Shown here in pieces: positions 20,305-30,415 of a DNA stretch of 64,000 nucleotides; positions within the stretch are counted from its first letter, which is position 1, and the number at the start of each line of letters is the position of its first letter. A program made the translations under genes and the position numbers. Under the pieces are notes generated by a model, which was not told the DNA's origin, searched no databases, and was given only the letters and a program-made list of their open reading frames with translations. This DNA comes from Polyangiaceae bacterium (lineage in GTDB: Bacteria; Myxococcota_A; Polyangia; Polyangiales; Polyangiaceae). The stretch is from assembly GCA_965222375.1 (NCBI GenBank), contig CBDCTZ010000015.1, positions 32,001-96,000 of the forward strand. The letters are read 5' to 3'.

Positions 20305-21843
20305 ATGCGGTTCATCTTGTCCAGCCCAGCCCCCATCCTCTCGTCGCTCCTCGCGTGCACGGCCATGCTCTGCGTTTCCTGTAGCGACTCTGGCGGAGAT
20401 GACCCGGGCGCCGGAGCGGCCGGCTCGTCGGCAGGTGGCAGCGCTGGAGCTTCCGCTGCTGGCGGCAGTGGTGGTGGTGCCGCTGGTGGCGGTGGGTTGG
20501 CGGGCTCTGGCGCGACGGGAGGCAGCAGCGGCGGAAGTGGTGGCGGCGGCACGGGCGGCACCGGTGCCTACCCCGCCTGGCCAACCTTCGGCGGAGTATC
20601 GCCAGGCACGAAACCGGTGTGCGCAACTTTGCCGGCTCCGGGCTATCTGTCCTGGGTTCTCGACCCACGCACGACGCCTCCGCACATCACCGACGGGCGG
20701 ATCCCAACCGAAGTAGCTCGTGTGACAGACGCTGCGGCGTTTGGACTGCCCAGCAGCGCGACGTTCCGCGTGCAGTACTCCAAGGTCAGCCCCTGGAACG
20801 CCGATGGTTCCCTCGCGGTCGTTTTCTACCAGGCTGGCGGGCCGCTGCGAGCGGCGCTGCTCGATGGGAAGACTTTCAAGTTCCTGCGCCTGGTCGACGA
20901 TCTTTGGCCCACCGGGCGTTGGTCCCTCACCCGGCCGAACGTCTGGATTCAGCCCGACGGCCACCAAGCCCCAAGGTTCGATGAAGTCGACGTGCAGACG
21001 GGGCAGACCAAGGTGTTCAAGGACTTCACGCCCGACGGATTTGTGGATCGCGCGGACGGAAACTTGTTCGGCGCCGAAGGCAACCAATCCAACGACGATC
21101 GAATTTGGGCATTCAATCTCAAGCGCACCGACGGCACATGGGAGTTGGTAATCTGGGATTCCGTGCAAGACAAGATCCTCGGTCGCATCGAGACACCCGG
21201 GGAGCAGGGGTCGGGAAAGGTGATCGACTGGTGGACGGTGTCCCAAAGCGGGAAGTTCGTGGTGACGGGCAACCAAGGCGCCTGGTCCTCCGGGGGAACG
21301 TCGGTTCCAGAGGGCAACAACGTCTGGTCACTCGACGGAAAACTGCTTCGGACGAGCGCCGGCAGCCTTGGTCATCAGGACGTTTGCCTGGACGCCGCAG
21401 GCAACGACGTCCTCGGCTTCATCGGCAGCAAACACAAGAGCAACGACAAGATCGCCCAAACCTGGCGTTTGGATGGTTCCGGCAGCGGCCAAACGCAGGA
21501 CCAGATGCAGGACGGCTACATTGGGTGGACGTACCACATCAACTGCCGAAACACGTCCCGCCCTGGCTACATGGTTGTCGCATCCAGCCTGGCAACGCCA
21601 GTGTCGAACTACAACGGCTTTCCATTGTGGAACCACATCTTCGCACTCAAGTTCGACGGTTCAGGCCAGCCGGGGATTGTCGCAAACGCGCATCATTCAA
21701 AGGGCGGAGAAACGGTGAACGCATACAATCGCGCTCCCTTTGGCCCCTCCAACCGCGACCTGACCGCGGTGATGTTCCAAGCAGAGTGGGACGGCGCCAC
21801 GGGCGGCCCAGTGCATCTCTACGTCGCACGTCCACGACCCTAG
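20305..21843 (+). CDS. Lipoprotein with Gly linker and TolB-like beta-propeller
   Basis: VSCSDS lipobox; YSKVSPWNADGS, Trp/Asp-rich blades. Confidence 0.65.
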   Translation: MRFILSSPAPILSSLLACTAMLCVSCSDSGGDDPGAGAAGSSAGGSAGASAAGGSGGGAAGGGGLAGSGATGGSSGGSGGGGTGGTGAYPAWPTFGGVSPGTKPVCATLPAPGYLSWVLDPRTTPPHITDGRIPTEVARVTDAAAFGLPSSATFRVQYSKVSPWNADGSLAVVFYQAGGPLRAALLDGKTFKFLRLVDDLWPTGRWSLTRPNVWIQPDGHQAPRFDEVDVQTGQTKVFKDFTPDGFVDRADGNLFGAEGNQSNDDRIWAFNLKRTDGTWELVIWDSVQDKILGRIETPGEQGSGKVIDWWTVSQSGKFVVTGNQGAWSSGGTSVPEGNNVWSLDGKLLRTSAGSLGHQDVCLDAAGNDVLGFIGSKHKSNDKIAQTWRLDGSGSGQTQDQMQDGYIGWTYHINCRNTSRPGYMVVASSLATPVSNYNGFPLWNHIFALKFDGSGQPGIVANAHHSKGGETVNAYNRAPFGPSNRDLTAVMFQAEWDGATGGPVHLYVARPRP

Positions 21844-21965
21844 GGACCGGGCCGCGACCCGTCAGGTCCCATGCCAAGAGCGTCGTCGGGAACTGTCAGT
21901 TCCCAAGAGGAGGCGATGGTTCCCGTCAGGGCACACATGGCCCTACAAAGTCGACGAAAACCCGA

Positions 21966-21981
21966 TGGCACCGGGATTGCA
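21966..21981 (+). promoter_or_regulatory. Sigma54 -24/-12 promoter
   Basis: TGGCAC-CGGGA-TTGCA, perfect consensus. Confidence 0.75.
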
Positions 21982-21993
21982 CTGACAGCGGAC

Positions 21994-23046
21994 ATGACTG
22001 CGCCATGTCTATCGAATCGAACCAGAGCTGCACGCTCAGACGAGTCCGGCCTCCACCGGCGACCCTCGTCGCCGCCCGTCAACGCGACCCCCTGCATCCA
22101 GAAAGGCGATGACGACGTCGAAGCTGCCGAGTGTCCGATGATTTTCGTCGATCAGACCTTCGGCCTAGCGAGTGCACAGCTTCGCGTGCGCGCGGGCGTC
22201 AGCCGGGGATCGGGTCTGTACTACGCGCATTTGCGCGGCATCCGCTGGGACGGCAGCCTCATGCCTCGTGGCCGGCACCCGCGACAAGATTGGTCTGTGA
22301 TCTTGTTCGTCGCTCGAGGTCAGATCAGCGCCGCGCCCAAGGGACCAGATTTCGAGACGGACTCTGTCGTGTTGGTGAGGCACGGACACATCTTTCCGAC
22401 GGAAGCGGACCCGAACCGCCTGCGGGCGAAAGCATGGGACACCGAAGGGATCGCGTTACGCGTTCCGACCAAGCATGTGTTACGAGCCAGCGCCGAGCCG
22501 TGCCGCGTCGAGATCAGCGAGACGCTCACAGCGGCTTTGCGCGCCTCGACAGCCAGGTTGCGTGATGAGACGTGCACGGAACAAACCGTGCGACGCCAGC
22601 TGTCACACCTCCTCAGATTGTGCGTAACCGAGGGACTCGTGAGCCCGGCCGCGTACGCCGAGTACGTCGCAGATGAAGAGGGGACCCCCAAGCGCGCCCA
22701 AGAGGCGTTGTTCCCAACCGTGGAAAACCTATCCGAGCAACCCATGCTCGTGGACGTCACCGAGCGTGTAGACGTCACCGACCGTCAAGCGCGCAGAGAC
22801 GTCATCAAGATGCAGCAAGACTTCGACCTATTCGATCGAGGGTTTCGTGAAACCGTCCACCGCTGGCGGCTCACTGCGGCCGTCTTGCTGCTCTCCGCCA
22901 GGGACATCTCGGCGACCGAGGTCGCTTCGGCTGTCGGCTACGGCAGCCTGACGCCCATGGGGCGCGCCTTCAAGAAAGCGAAGCTGCCCACCCCGACTCG
23001 GGTGCGACGTCAGTTACAGGCTGCACCCAACTCGGACCAATGTTAA
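21994..23046 (+). CDS. AraC-type HTH regulator (start 21994 or 22138)
   Basis: C-terminal RWRLTAAVLLL..SATEVASAVGYGSLTPMGRAFKK. Confidence 0.75.
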   Translation: MTAPCLSNRTRAARSDESGLHRRPSSPPVNATPCIQKGDDDVEAAECPMIFVDQTFGLASAQLRVRAGVSRGSGLYYAHLRGIRWDGSLMPRGRHPRQDWSVILFVARGQISAAPKGPDFETDSVVLVRHGHIFPTEADPNRLRAKAWDTEGIALRVPTKHVLRASAEPCRVEISETLTAALRASTARLRDETCTEQTVRRQLSHLLRLCVTEGLVSPAAYAEYVADEEGTPKRAQEALFPTVENLSEQPMLVDVTERVDVTDRQARRDVIKMQQDFDLFDRGFRETVHRWRLTAAVLLLSARDISATEVASAVGYGSLTPMGRAFKKAKLPTPTRVRRQLQAAPNSDQC

Positions 23047-23064
23047 CAGTGGTAACATTGACCC

Positions 23065-24684
23065 TTACTGCTTGAGTAGAGCCACTGCGGCTTCCAGTAG
23101 CGTGTCGACGCCCTGAGCAAGGTCCTTCGGCTCATACTCCACCGCCAGATCCGGCGCGACGGCGGTGCCTTCCAACGAGGTGTCGGTGGCTGCGTCTTTG
23201 CAGTTGTTCGCATCCGCATTCGCAAGCATCTCGGGCACGCCGCCCAGGCTCGGCGTGGAACCTGCGCCGCCGTAGGCACCGGCACTCGCCGAACCAACGA
23301 GCGGTGTCGCCGTCGCTTTGCTCACGGCTAGAGGAAAGTAATCGGCGGCACTGTAGGCAAGTCCGTCGACGACCACAGCGACTTTGCCGGTGTAGGCAAA
23401 GGGTCCACCGGGGGTCACCGCGTAGATGGCGTACTTCTGCGCGCCGAAACTCGGTGGGTTGGTTCCCGCGATGCGATTGACGCAATACGAAACATCCGTC
23501 GCCTTGGCCGTGGGCATGCCGCCGGCGATTGCGAGTCCCGCGGGCGTGATCCCACCCGTATTGCCACGGATATCCCACACCAACATAGGCGCCGCTTTGA
23601 CCTTGTCGAACTCGGCCGCCAGCTCGGCAATGAAGTCATCGATGAACTTCTGCGTAGCGGCGGGATTCGTTGGCGGCACCTTGCCCAGAGGAAAGAAGCG
23701 TGGAAGCCGGATGACCGCGACTCCGTCCGGGCGAGTCTCAGCGCGGATGTTGAACTGGACGTCCTTGCCCAGAGCGTCCGCACAGCGCGTCGGCTGCGGG
23801 TCAAACTGCTCCGGCACCTCCAGGGAATAGGGAGCTGCGCCGCTCACTGGAGTCACGCTGAGAGTCACGCCGGCAGGCACGCTGCCGAAGTAGGACGCAG
23901 CTGCAGAAGAGCGCTTTCCCGACGTGGCCGGGAACACCGCCCCGCAGGTGGGCCGGCTCTGCACTTTGTCGTAGAGAGCATCCCCACTGACACCATCTTC
24001 GGCGGTGATCAAGTCCCCCGCCACTAGGCCGAGGGCATTGCCCTTTCGAGCGAAGGTCACCACGAGGTCATCGCCATGGGGGCGGCCGCAGACTCCGAAG
24101 CGGGAGCTGTTCTGCCAGTAGAGCTCGGCCGCCTGACACTTGGCAGGGCTCGCCGCGCTCAAAGACTGGTGCCCCTGGGGCCAGGACAGTTGCACGAAGC
24201 GTAGGCTCTTGAAAAACACGGAGTCGGATCCGTCGCCTTTGAGCACGCGTCGCGTGGCGTCCGTACGCACCGTGGCAGCGTCGACAACCATCGGCCAGGC
24301 CGAGTGATCGCTGAGCAGCGTCACGTACTTGTCTACCGCACCCGCTTGCTGCTGCTGTTGCGCGGTGGGGTCTTGGCAGCGGTCGTCCCGACAGTTCTGA
24401 TCCCCGGGGCACTCAACTGCTTCGCTCCATTTGGACTGCCCCACCCCCGGATTACAGGTCTGCACCCCGCCGTCGGCACAGCGAGTAGCTGCTGGCGTCA
24501 TGCAGGCATCAGGATCTCCACCTGCACTGCCACCCGCTCCTGCACCACCCGCCATGCCGGCAGCCCCCGACGCACCTCCAGCACCGCCGCCCCCACTGCT
24601 GTCGTCGCCGCCGCACGCTGTCAACGCGAAGACGCTAGCGAAGATGCTAGCTCCCGTGGCCAATCGCAGTTGGAACCGCCTCAT
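23065..24684 (-). CDS. S41 family peptidase lipoprotein
   Basis: LTACGG lipobox; DIRGNTGG and AYSAADYF S41-like motifs; PDZ-like segment. Confidence 0.8.
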   Translation of the reverse strand: MRRFQLRLATGASIFASVFALTACGGDDSSGGGGAGGASGAAGMAGGAGAGGSAGGDPDACMTPAATRCADGGVQTCNPGVGQSKWSEAVECPGDQNCRDDRCQDPTAQQQQQAGAVDKYVTLLSDHSAWPMVVDAATVRTDATRRVLKGDGSDSVFFKSLRFVQLSWPQGHQSLSAASPAKCQAAELYWQNSSRFGVCGRPHGDDLVVTFARKGNALGLVAGDLITAEDGVSGDALYDKVQSRPTCGAVFPATSGKRSSAAASYFGSVPAGVTLSVTPVSGAAPYSLEVPEQFDPQPTRCADALGKDVQFNIRAETRPDGVAVIRLPRFFPLGKVPPTNPAATQKFIDDFIAELAAEFDKVKAAPMLVWDIRGNTGGITPAGLAIAGGMPTAKATDVSYCVNRIAGTNPPSFGAQKYAIYAVTPGGPFAYTGKVAVVVDGLAYSAADYFPLAVSKATATPLVGSASAGAYGGAGSTPSLGGVPEMLANADANNCKDAATDTSLEGTAVAPDLAVEYEPKDLAQGVDTLLEAAVALLKQ

Positions 24685-24880
24685 GGATTCGTCTCCCTCA
24701 AAGCTCGTGCGCTGTTCTAGCAGCCTCGGCGCTGCGCGCATCTGTGCGCCACCTAGCGCAGATTATCCCTCGCAACGAACACTCCCTGCGGCGAAAAGAG
24801 CGACAGCGCCAGTGCGCGAGGCTCTGTCCCGTTGAGTGTCCTGGCTCACCGGTAGAGCAGCACGATGGCGAACTTGAGCG

Positions 24881-24899
24881 TGTCCGATTCTATCGAGTG
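24881..24899 (+). repeat. Island motif copy 1 (TGTCCGATTCTATCGAGTG)
   Basis: Exact 19-mer; TAGACG at 24920; gene starts at 24965. Confidence 0.9.
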
Positions 24900-24964
24900 A
24901 ACAGCGCCAACGCCCTTGCTAGACGTCAGTGCAGTACCCCTGACACCCCAATCTGGAGTCGCCG

Positions 24965-25393
24965 ATGATTGACATGCTTCACGTTCTGGTCGCACCCAAG
25001 GAGGTCATCGACGAGTGCGTGCGAGAAGAAGAAGCCCAGGTGAAGCCATTTTGCCCCTTTGCGAGCGGGGCGAACACCGACGCGGCCAAGCGGTTGTGGT
25101 TTGCGAATGAACTCTTCCTGCACCACCCAAGTGTGGCCGGCTCTTGCGCTGACCGGGACGTCGAAGCGGCGTTCTGGGGACTGGTTTCCAACCACGACCA
25201 CAGCCAAGTCGTGCGCAAGACAACGAGCGAAGTCTTCGGTCACGCCCAGGTGATTCGAGCTCGTGGCGTGGACGCCTGGAGAGCGTGGCTCAAGCGGGCT
25301 TCTCTAGACGAGTGGGCCGAGCGCTCTCTCGACGACGTGGACGAGTCCGAGTCGCTCTGGGTATGCGTGTGCGGCGATCCAGACGAAGTCTAG
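24965..25393 (+). CDS. Hypothetical protein
   Basis: 142 aa ORF with GGAG RBS, downstream of motif copy 1. Confidence 0.6.
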   Translation: MIDMLHVLVAPKEVIDECVREEEAQVKPFCPFASGANTDAAKRLWFANELFLHHPSVAGSCADRDVEAAFWGLVSNHDHSQVVRKTTSEVFGHAQVIRARGVDAWRAWLKRASLDEWAERSLDDVDESESLWVCVCGDPDEV

Positions 25394-25406
25394 GACTCAG
25401 TCTGCG

Positions 25407-25870
25407 CTAGCGCAAGGCACTGTCCAAGAGGTCGCGAACGAAGGGGACGGTTTCTTTGTCTCGCGCCCGCTCGAGGGCGTCGAGGTTCGAAGCCGACCGG
25501 ACGGCTCGGATGCTTCGTATAGCATCGGCACGCACGTGCGCATCGGAGTCCCGCAAAGTTTCATGCAACACCGCGTCCCGTCGTGCTGTGGGTTGATGTT
25601 GGCCCAACGCTCGGACCGCGGTGCGCCGAAGAGACGCCAGCATGCCGCCCTTCGCTTGGTCGATCAGAACACGCTGCGCTTCCGATGTGTCGTACGCTCC
25701 CCAGCCCCGTCGCGCGAAGTCGCCTCAACATGATCTCAGATGCGTCTTCGGCAATGCGCATCAGGGCGACAACCGGACGGGAACAGGCAGCACCCACCTC
25801 GCCTTCTGCTGACTTGAATCGCGCCCAGCCTGTAATCGTCGCCGCTGTTTGCTGCCTTTGACAACCCGAA
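25407..25870 (-). pseudogene. HEAT-repeat protein remnant, frameshifted near 25700
   Basis: ...MLRRLRATG in one frame continues as GAYDTSEAQRVL...RRTAVRALG...LRDSDAHVRADAIRSI in another. Confidence 0.55.
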
Positions 25871-25940
25871 TCCCAGCTTGCCTACAACCTCCACATCCGC
25901 CCTTTCACAGTTCGAATGTCGTCCGCACTGCAACCATCAC

Positions 25941-26045
25941 CTTCGGACCGGGATGCTTCGGACCGGGATGCTTCGGACCGGGATGCTTCGGACCGGGATG
26001 CTTCGGACCGGGATGCTTCGGACCGGGATGCTTCGGACCGGGATG
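25941..26045 (+). repeat. Perfect tandem repeat, 7 x 15 bp (CTTCGGACCGGGATG)
   Basis: Read directly; no spacers. Confidence 0.97.
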
Positions 26046-26087
26046 CCAAATGGTAGGCTCGACCGAATGGAAGGCGCGGTGCGTTGG

Positions 26088-28184
26088 ATGACGCCGGTTG
26101 GGGTCACAGGTTGGGTTGTTTGTGCCGCGCTTTCCTGCGCCGGGCGGTCGCCCGAAAGCGGAGCGCGGCCAGCGGGAAATGCCGACACCGCCTCGCCCGC
26201 GAAGCCGCCGGACGCAGGGGTGGTTCGGCAGAATCGAGTTCGGCAGATCGCAATGTTTGGCCAGAACGCGTGCGTGCTGTTCCGTGAAGGAACAGTCTCT
26301 TGCTGGGGTGACAATCGACACGGACAACTGGGTAACGGCACAACGGATGCGCGCTACGGTGCCCATCAAGTCCAAGGCCTGAGCAACGCGGTGAGCATCG
26401 CGGTCGGGGCGGACTTTGCCTGTGCCGTACGCGGCGACGGTACGCTGGTCTGCTGGGGGAGCAACAGCAGCGGACAACTCGGGTCGTCAGCACGCAAGAA
26501 CCATCCACTACCAACACCAGTGCCAGGAGTTCAGGGCGCGGTGCAGGTTGCGGCCGCAGTCGACCACGCGTGCATCACGTTGCGCGACAGCAACGTGATG
26601 TGTTGGGGCGACAACTCGCACGAAAAAGTTGGACGAGGACCGGAACAAGAGAAGCGGCCGCCTGCAAAGGTGGTGGGTGTCAGTGGCGCTCGGCAGGTGT
26701 CGGTGTCGTCGACGCACAGCTGCGCGTTGACGGGCAACGGTGTCACTTGCTGGGGAAGCTACAGCGGCATCGGCAAGCGGCCAGACGAGTCTGCCTTGAG
26801 AGTGCTCACCAGGCAGGTACCTTTCACGGCGTTGTCTTCCAGTTGGCGCCACAGCTGCGGGTTGCAACGGAGTGGCCATGTGCTCTGCTGGGGCAATGCC
26901 GGATCGGGAAGACTTGGTGGTGCGGCACCGCCGACCAGTTCACCTGCCAGTCCGATGCCGGTTGCTGGCCTCAGCGACGCAGTCAGTATCGCAGCGGGGG
27001 ACGAGCACACCTGTGCTGTCAAGCAGTCGGGGGCAGTGACTTGCTGGGGTGAGTGGCGACCTTTCTCAACGCTGGAGCCCGTGTCGCGACAGCGCATCAC
27101 CAAGGTCGATGGGTTGGGCGCAGCCACACTAATCGCGGCCGGTGAGCACACCAGTTGCGCCGCGCTGGCAACAGGGCAAGTTGCGTGTTGGGGCAACATC
27201 AACCCGTTCCAGTTCAGAGTGAATTCGCAGGCCAACCCACTGCGCATCCGCCCGGTCGTCGGACTCGCGAATGCAGTCGACATCACCGCAGGGCACCATC
27301 ACGTATGCGCCGCGCTCGCGTCTGGACAGGTGATGTGCTGGGGCATGAACTACTACTTCCAAGTCGCTCCGGGCAGCAAGGACCCGCGCTATGAGCCGGT
27401 CATGGTCAAGGGGGTGAAAGACGCCGTGCGGGTTAGCGCCGGTAAGTCGTGGTCGTACGCGTTTCGAAAGAACGGCGGGTACTACTTCTGGGGAGGCAAT
27501 GAGCCAGACCACGAGGGGGAGGTGGAGACAAGCCGGACGAAGGATGTGACCCAGGTAGCCGCCGGCCACGGGTTTCGCTGTGTTCTTCGCAGGAACGGCG
27601 AAGTGCGGTGCGAGGGGGAGAACTCACACGGGCAGCTCGGCGACGGGAGCAGCTTGATGAGGCAAGGCCTGTCAAAGACGCCGGTACTTAGAGACGCCGT
27701 GGAGATCACTGCTGACATCATCAGCGCCTGTGCTCGCCGAAAAAACGGCCAGGTAGTCTGTTGGGGTAAATGGGGAGACAAAGTGCTCGCGCGCCCGGTG
27801 AAGGTCAAAGCTGTCAAGAAGGCGGCGCGACTCGTGGGTAGCGGGTGTGTAATAACAGCCGCAAAGCGGATTGCTTGCTGGGGGAACGATCCCCAGGCAG
27901 CCACACTCTCTGATCCCGTCGGCGAGCCCGTGGTTGATGTTGCCGGAACGAACCAGCGGTCGTGTTGGGTATTGGCCAACGATGCCAGCGTTTGGTGCTC
28001 CGAACGCGGCAACCAACCGGTGCGGGTTCGAGCGGCTGAGCCCGCGATGAAGCTGGCGCTGGGCACCGACCACAGTTGTGCGTTACGCCGCAACGGGAGT
28101 GTCGTGTGTTGGGGCGACGCGAGATCCCGTGCACTCGGCACCGGCCGGCCCCCGCAGACGCCGCTTCTCGTCGAAGGTCTGTGA
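26088..28184 (+). CDS. RCC1/BLIP-II repeat lipoprotein
   Basis: LSCAG lipobox; many CWGxNxxGQLG and IAAGxxHTCA repeats; start uncertain. Confidence 0.88.
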   Translation: MTPVGVTGWVVCAALSCAGRSPESGARPAGNADTASPAKPPDAGVVRQNRVRQIAMFGQNACVLFREGTVSCWGDNRHGQLGNGTTDARYGAHQVQGLSNAVSIAVGADFACAVRGDGTLVCWGSNSSGQLGSSARKNHPLPTPVPGVQGAVQVAAAVDHACITLRDSNVMCWGDNSHEKVGRGPEQEKRPPAKVVGVSGARQVSVSSTHSCALTGNGVTCWGSYSGIGKRPDESALRVLTRQVPFTALSSSWRHSCGLQRSGHVLCWGNAGSGRLGGAAPPTSSPASPMPVAGLSDAVSIAAGDEHTCAVKQSGAVTCWGEWRPFSTLEPVSRQRITKVDGLGAATLIAAGEHTSCAALATGQVACWGNINPFQFRVNSQANPLRIRPVVGLANAVDITAGHHHVCAALASGQVMCWGMNYYFQVAPGSKDPRYEPVMVKGVKDAVRVSAGKSWSYAFRKNGGYYFWGGNEPDHEGEVETSRTKDVTQVAAGHGFRCVLRRNGEVRCEGENSHGQLGDGSSLMRQGLSKTPVLRDAVEITADIISACARRKNGQVVCWGKWGDKVLARPVKVKAVKKAARLVGSGCVITAAKRIACWGNDPQAATLSDPVGEPVVDVAGTNQRSCWVLANDASVWCSERGNQPVRVRAAEPAMKLALGTDHSCALRRNGSVVCWGDARSRALGTGRPPQTPLLVEGL

Positions 28185-28189
28185 TCACG

Positions 28190-28542
28190 CTGTGGGAGCA
28201 TTGCGCGACGCGCCGACGCCTTGCGGCTACTCCAAGCGTGCCGCCTTCAGCCACAAGCGAAGGGCTTTCTATCCCGCGGTGCGCGGCGGGCAGATACGCT
28301 AGCAACCAAGGCGCCGCGACCGCGGGCATCACCGTTACGAGTACAGGCGGAACCCGGCCTTCGGGGTCAAGGCGACGAACCAGGCGCCGACGTGAGAGCG
28401 CCAAGGTCAACGTCCCCTGCGCGTGGCACGGCACGGGTCGGCCAGCTTGGAATCCGCCGCCTCCGCCGCTGCTGCAACCAACGAGCATGGCACCGGCAAG
28501 GCAGACGATCGCGCCTTTTCTAATCACCTCGGGCTTCAACAT
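28190..28542 (-). pseudogene. Lipoprotein N-terminal fragment
   Basis: MLKPEVIRKGAIVCLAGAMLVGCSSGGGGG, then degenerates and runs without a stop into the convergent RCC1 gene. Confidence 0.4.
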
Positions 28543-28785
28543 CGCCGGCGGTGGATACCTCGCGGAATGGCGAGTGCAAGCACTCGCAGGCTCGTCCAAT
28601 TCATCGCTCATGCGATGGACGGAGCACTCCGCCGGCTACGTGGATGAGTCACGACAGCGTTGGACGGACAGGTATTTTTGGAGTCACGGCCCAGGGCGTC
28701 GCGCTTTCGCCAATCTCGCCCGGGGGCAGCTTTGCGGGAGTAGCGCCGCGGCAGGGACAGTGATGCGACCCAACCAAACACCGAA

Positions 28786-28960
28786 TCAGTACGAGGCGCC
28801 GTAGACGACCATGTATTCGCCGTAGACCCCCTGCGTACCAACCGTCACTTGGTTCAGCTGCTTGCTGTACGTCAGCTTGAGGCAGTAGTCCGTGACGACG
28901 CCAGAGGGGTCGTGGAGATTTGCTAGACACGTGAAGACCGGAGCGACGGCGACCGGGCAA
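28786..28960 (-). pseudogene. C-terminal gene fragment
   Basis: Protein-like VAPVFTCLANLHDPSGVVTDYCLKLTYSKQLNQVTVGTQGVYGEYMVVYGASY* with no convincing start. Confidence 0.35.
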
Positions 28961-29054
28961 GCTGCTGGGCGAATCCTACGTTTCGCCCCCGGGGGGTGCT
29001 GCGGTACGCCGCGACTTGTAATCGAACGTATTTGTCCGAGATGCGGACTGCAGG

Positions 29055-30314
29055 TCACGCCGCGTGCGGGTCAGCGCGGCGGATGTCCAGATTTGGATCG
29101 AGCAGATAGCCGTCGGTAGTGACCAGCACGCTTTCGCGTAGCCCCATCTGGCGCAGTCGGCAGATGGCCACACGGAGTCGGTTGAGGGACGACTGAGTGA
29201 CTACTCGCTGCTCTGGCCAACCGGCCTGAATCAGCGCCTTCAAGGGGACGACTGCTCCGCGCCGGATTTCGTGAGCGAGCACCAAGCGCTGAAGCAGTGC
29301 TCTGCTAGTGGCACGACGTCGCAGGTCGGCGCGATGGCCATTACCGTCTTCGAGCCACATGCACTCTGGCCCCACGTCCAGCACCGCACGCATGCCGGTG
29401 TCTCGCGCGGACGTCGGAGCCTCCCACGCACTAGCCAAATGCCGAATAGCCAACGCCGCGGGCGCTGGCAGCTGCAGCGACCTACCCGGTCTTCGACGTA
29501 GGAATCCGCGTTGGTGCAGATCCACGACGTGTTCGATGGTCGCAGGGCTGTGACAGATCTGAGGGTGCCCAACGGCAATGCCATCGCCGGCGAGAGCATG
29601 CAGCAACAGGCTGCGTCTTGCGTCGCACAGCTGCTCCCAGTCGCGGCGGAAGAGTCGAGCTAAGCGAAGGCCGATGGGGTCCCATATTGTGCCCAGCAAG
29701 CCGAGTTGCTCGGCCAAGCTGCAGGCGGGGTAAAGGTCAGCGGAGATGACCACAGCGGCCGGGAAGCCGTCCAAGCGCTGTAACAAGGCGAGCAGCTGAG
29801 CGTCCTTGGCTGTGGACAGCGGGAATGTATCGGACCTCGCGGCTCGCACCGTTGCGCGCCAAAGGCGTGCCGCGGGATGGCTCGCCAGGGCGCTGAATTC
29901 CTCTGGTGCGCCCAGCGAGCTCAGTGGCACCACGCGCTCCGAGCGAGTGCCGAGCGCGGTTGGGCCCGCTACGAGCACCGGGCCGTGCCATTCGTCGATG
30001 ATCGAGGACAGCGCATCGACTTCCACCTGCGCGCGTCGCGACACATCAGCCACCAGCAAGCTGGGCTCAGTGGGTTGAGCGAGCCGCCGGCCAGGCATAT
30101 CCCAGACCGGTTGGAAACTTCCCTGCAAGTCGCGCACCGCAGCGTTCACGAGCGCGGTCTTCCCGGCGCCAGGTAATCCCACGACGGTCACCCTTTCGCC
30201 TGCCACGAGAAGTGCGCCAATCCGCGCCAGCGCCGCGTCCCGTCCCAATAGATTTCGCGGTCTCAGCGCGACACCAGACTCCCTTTTTGCACTCTGTTCT
30301 TCCAACGGATGCAT
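29055..30314 (-). CDS. P-loop (NB-ARC-like) ATPase with C-terminal winged-helix regulator domain
   Basis: LLGRD, GLPGAGKT, LQRLDGFP, LIQAGWP..NRLRVAICRLRQMGL..GYLLDP; start MHPLEE. Confidence 0.7.
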   Translation of the reverse strand: MHPLEEQSAKRESGVALRPRNLLGRDAALARIGALLVAGERVTVVGLPGAGKTALVNAAVRDLQGSFQPVWDMPGRRLAQPTEPSLLVADVSRRAQVEVDALSSIIDEWHGPVLVAGPTALGTRSERVVPLSSLGAPEEFSALASHPAARLWRATVRAARSDTFPLSTAKDAQLLALLQRLDGFPAAVVISADLYPACSLAEQLGLLGTIWDPIGLRLARLFRRDWEQLCDARRSLLLHALAGDGIAVGHPQICHSPATIEHVVDLHQRGFLRRRPGRSLQLPAPAALAIRHLASAWEAPTSARDTGMRAVLDVGPECMWLEDGNGHRADLRRRATSRALLQRLVLAHEIRRGAVVPLKALIQAGWPEQRVVTQSSLNRLRVAICRLRQMGLRESVLVTTDGYLLDPNLDIRRADPHAA

Positions 30315-30350
30315 CACTCGACATGGACTAGCGACGCGACCTCGAGAGCG

Positions 30351-30369
30351 CACTCGATAGAATCGGACA
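30351..30369 (-). repeat. Island motif copy 2
   Basis: Exact 19-mer on minus strand; TAGTCC at 30330-30325; gene starts at 30314. Confidence 0.9.
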
Positions 30370-30415
30370 TGGGCGCGGCTTCCCCTCGCGACCCACGGCA
30401 CGAATCGCGGGTTCG

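Noticed and set aside
25941..26045. 15-bp repeat as a CRISPR array
   Set aside because: Units abut with no spacers and no cas genes are present.
24875..30375. Motif copies 1 and 2 as transposon terminal inverted repeats (TGT...ACA) with a 6-bp target duplication (TGAGCG/TGGGCG)
   Set aside because: Only 5/6 match, no transposase, and copies 3-6 show no matching duplication; kept only as a weak alternative.
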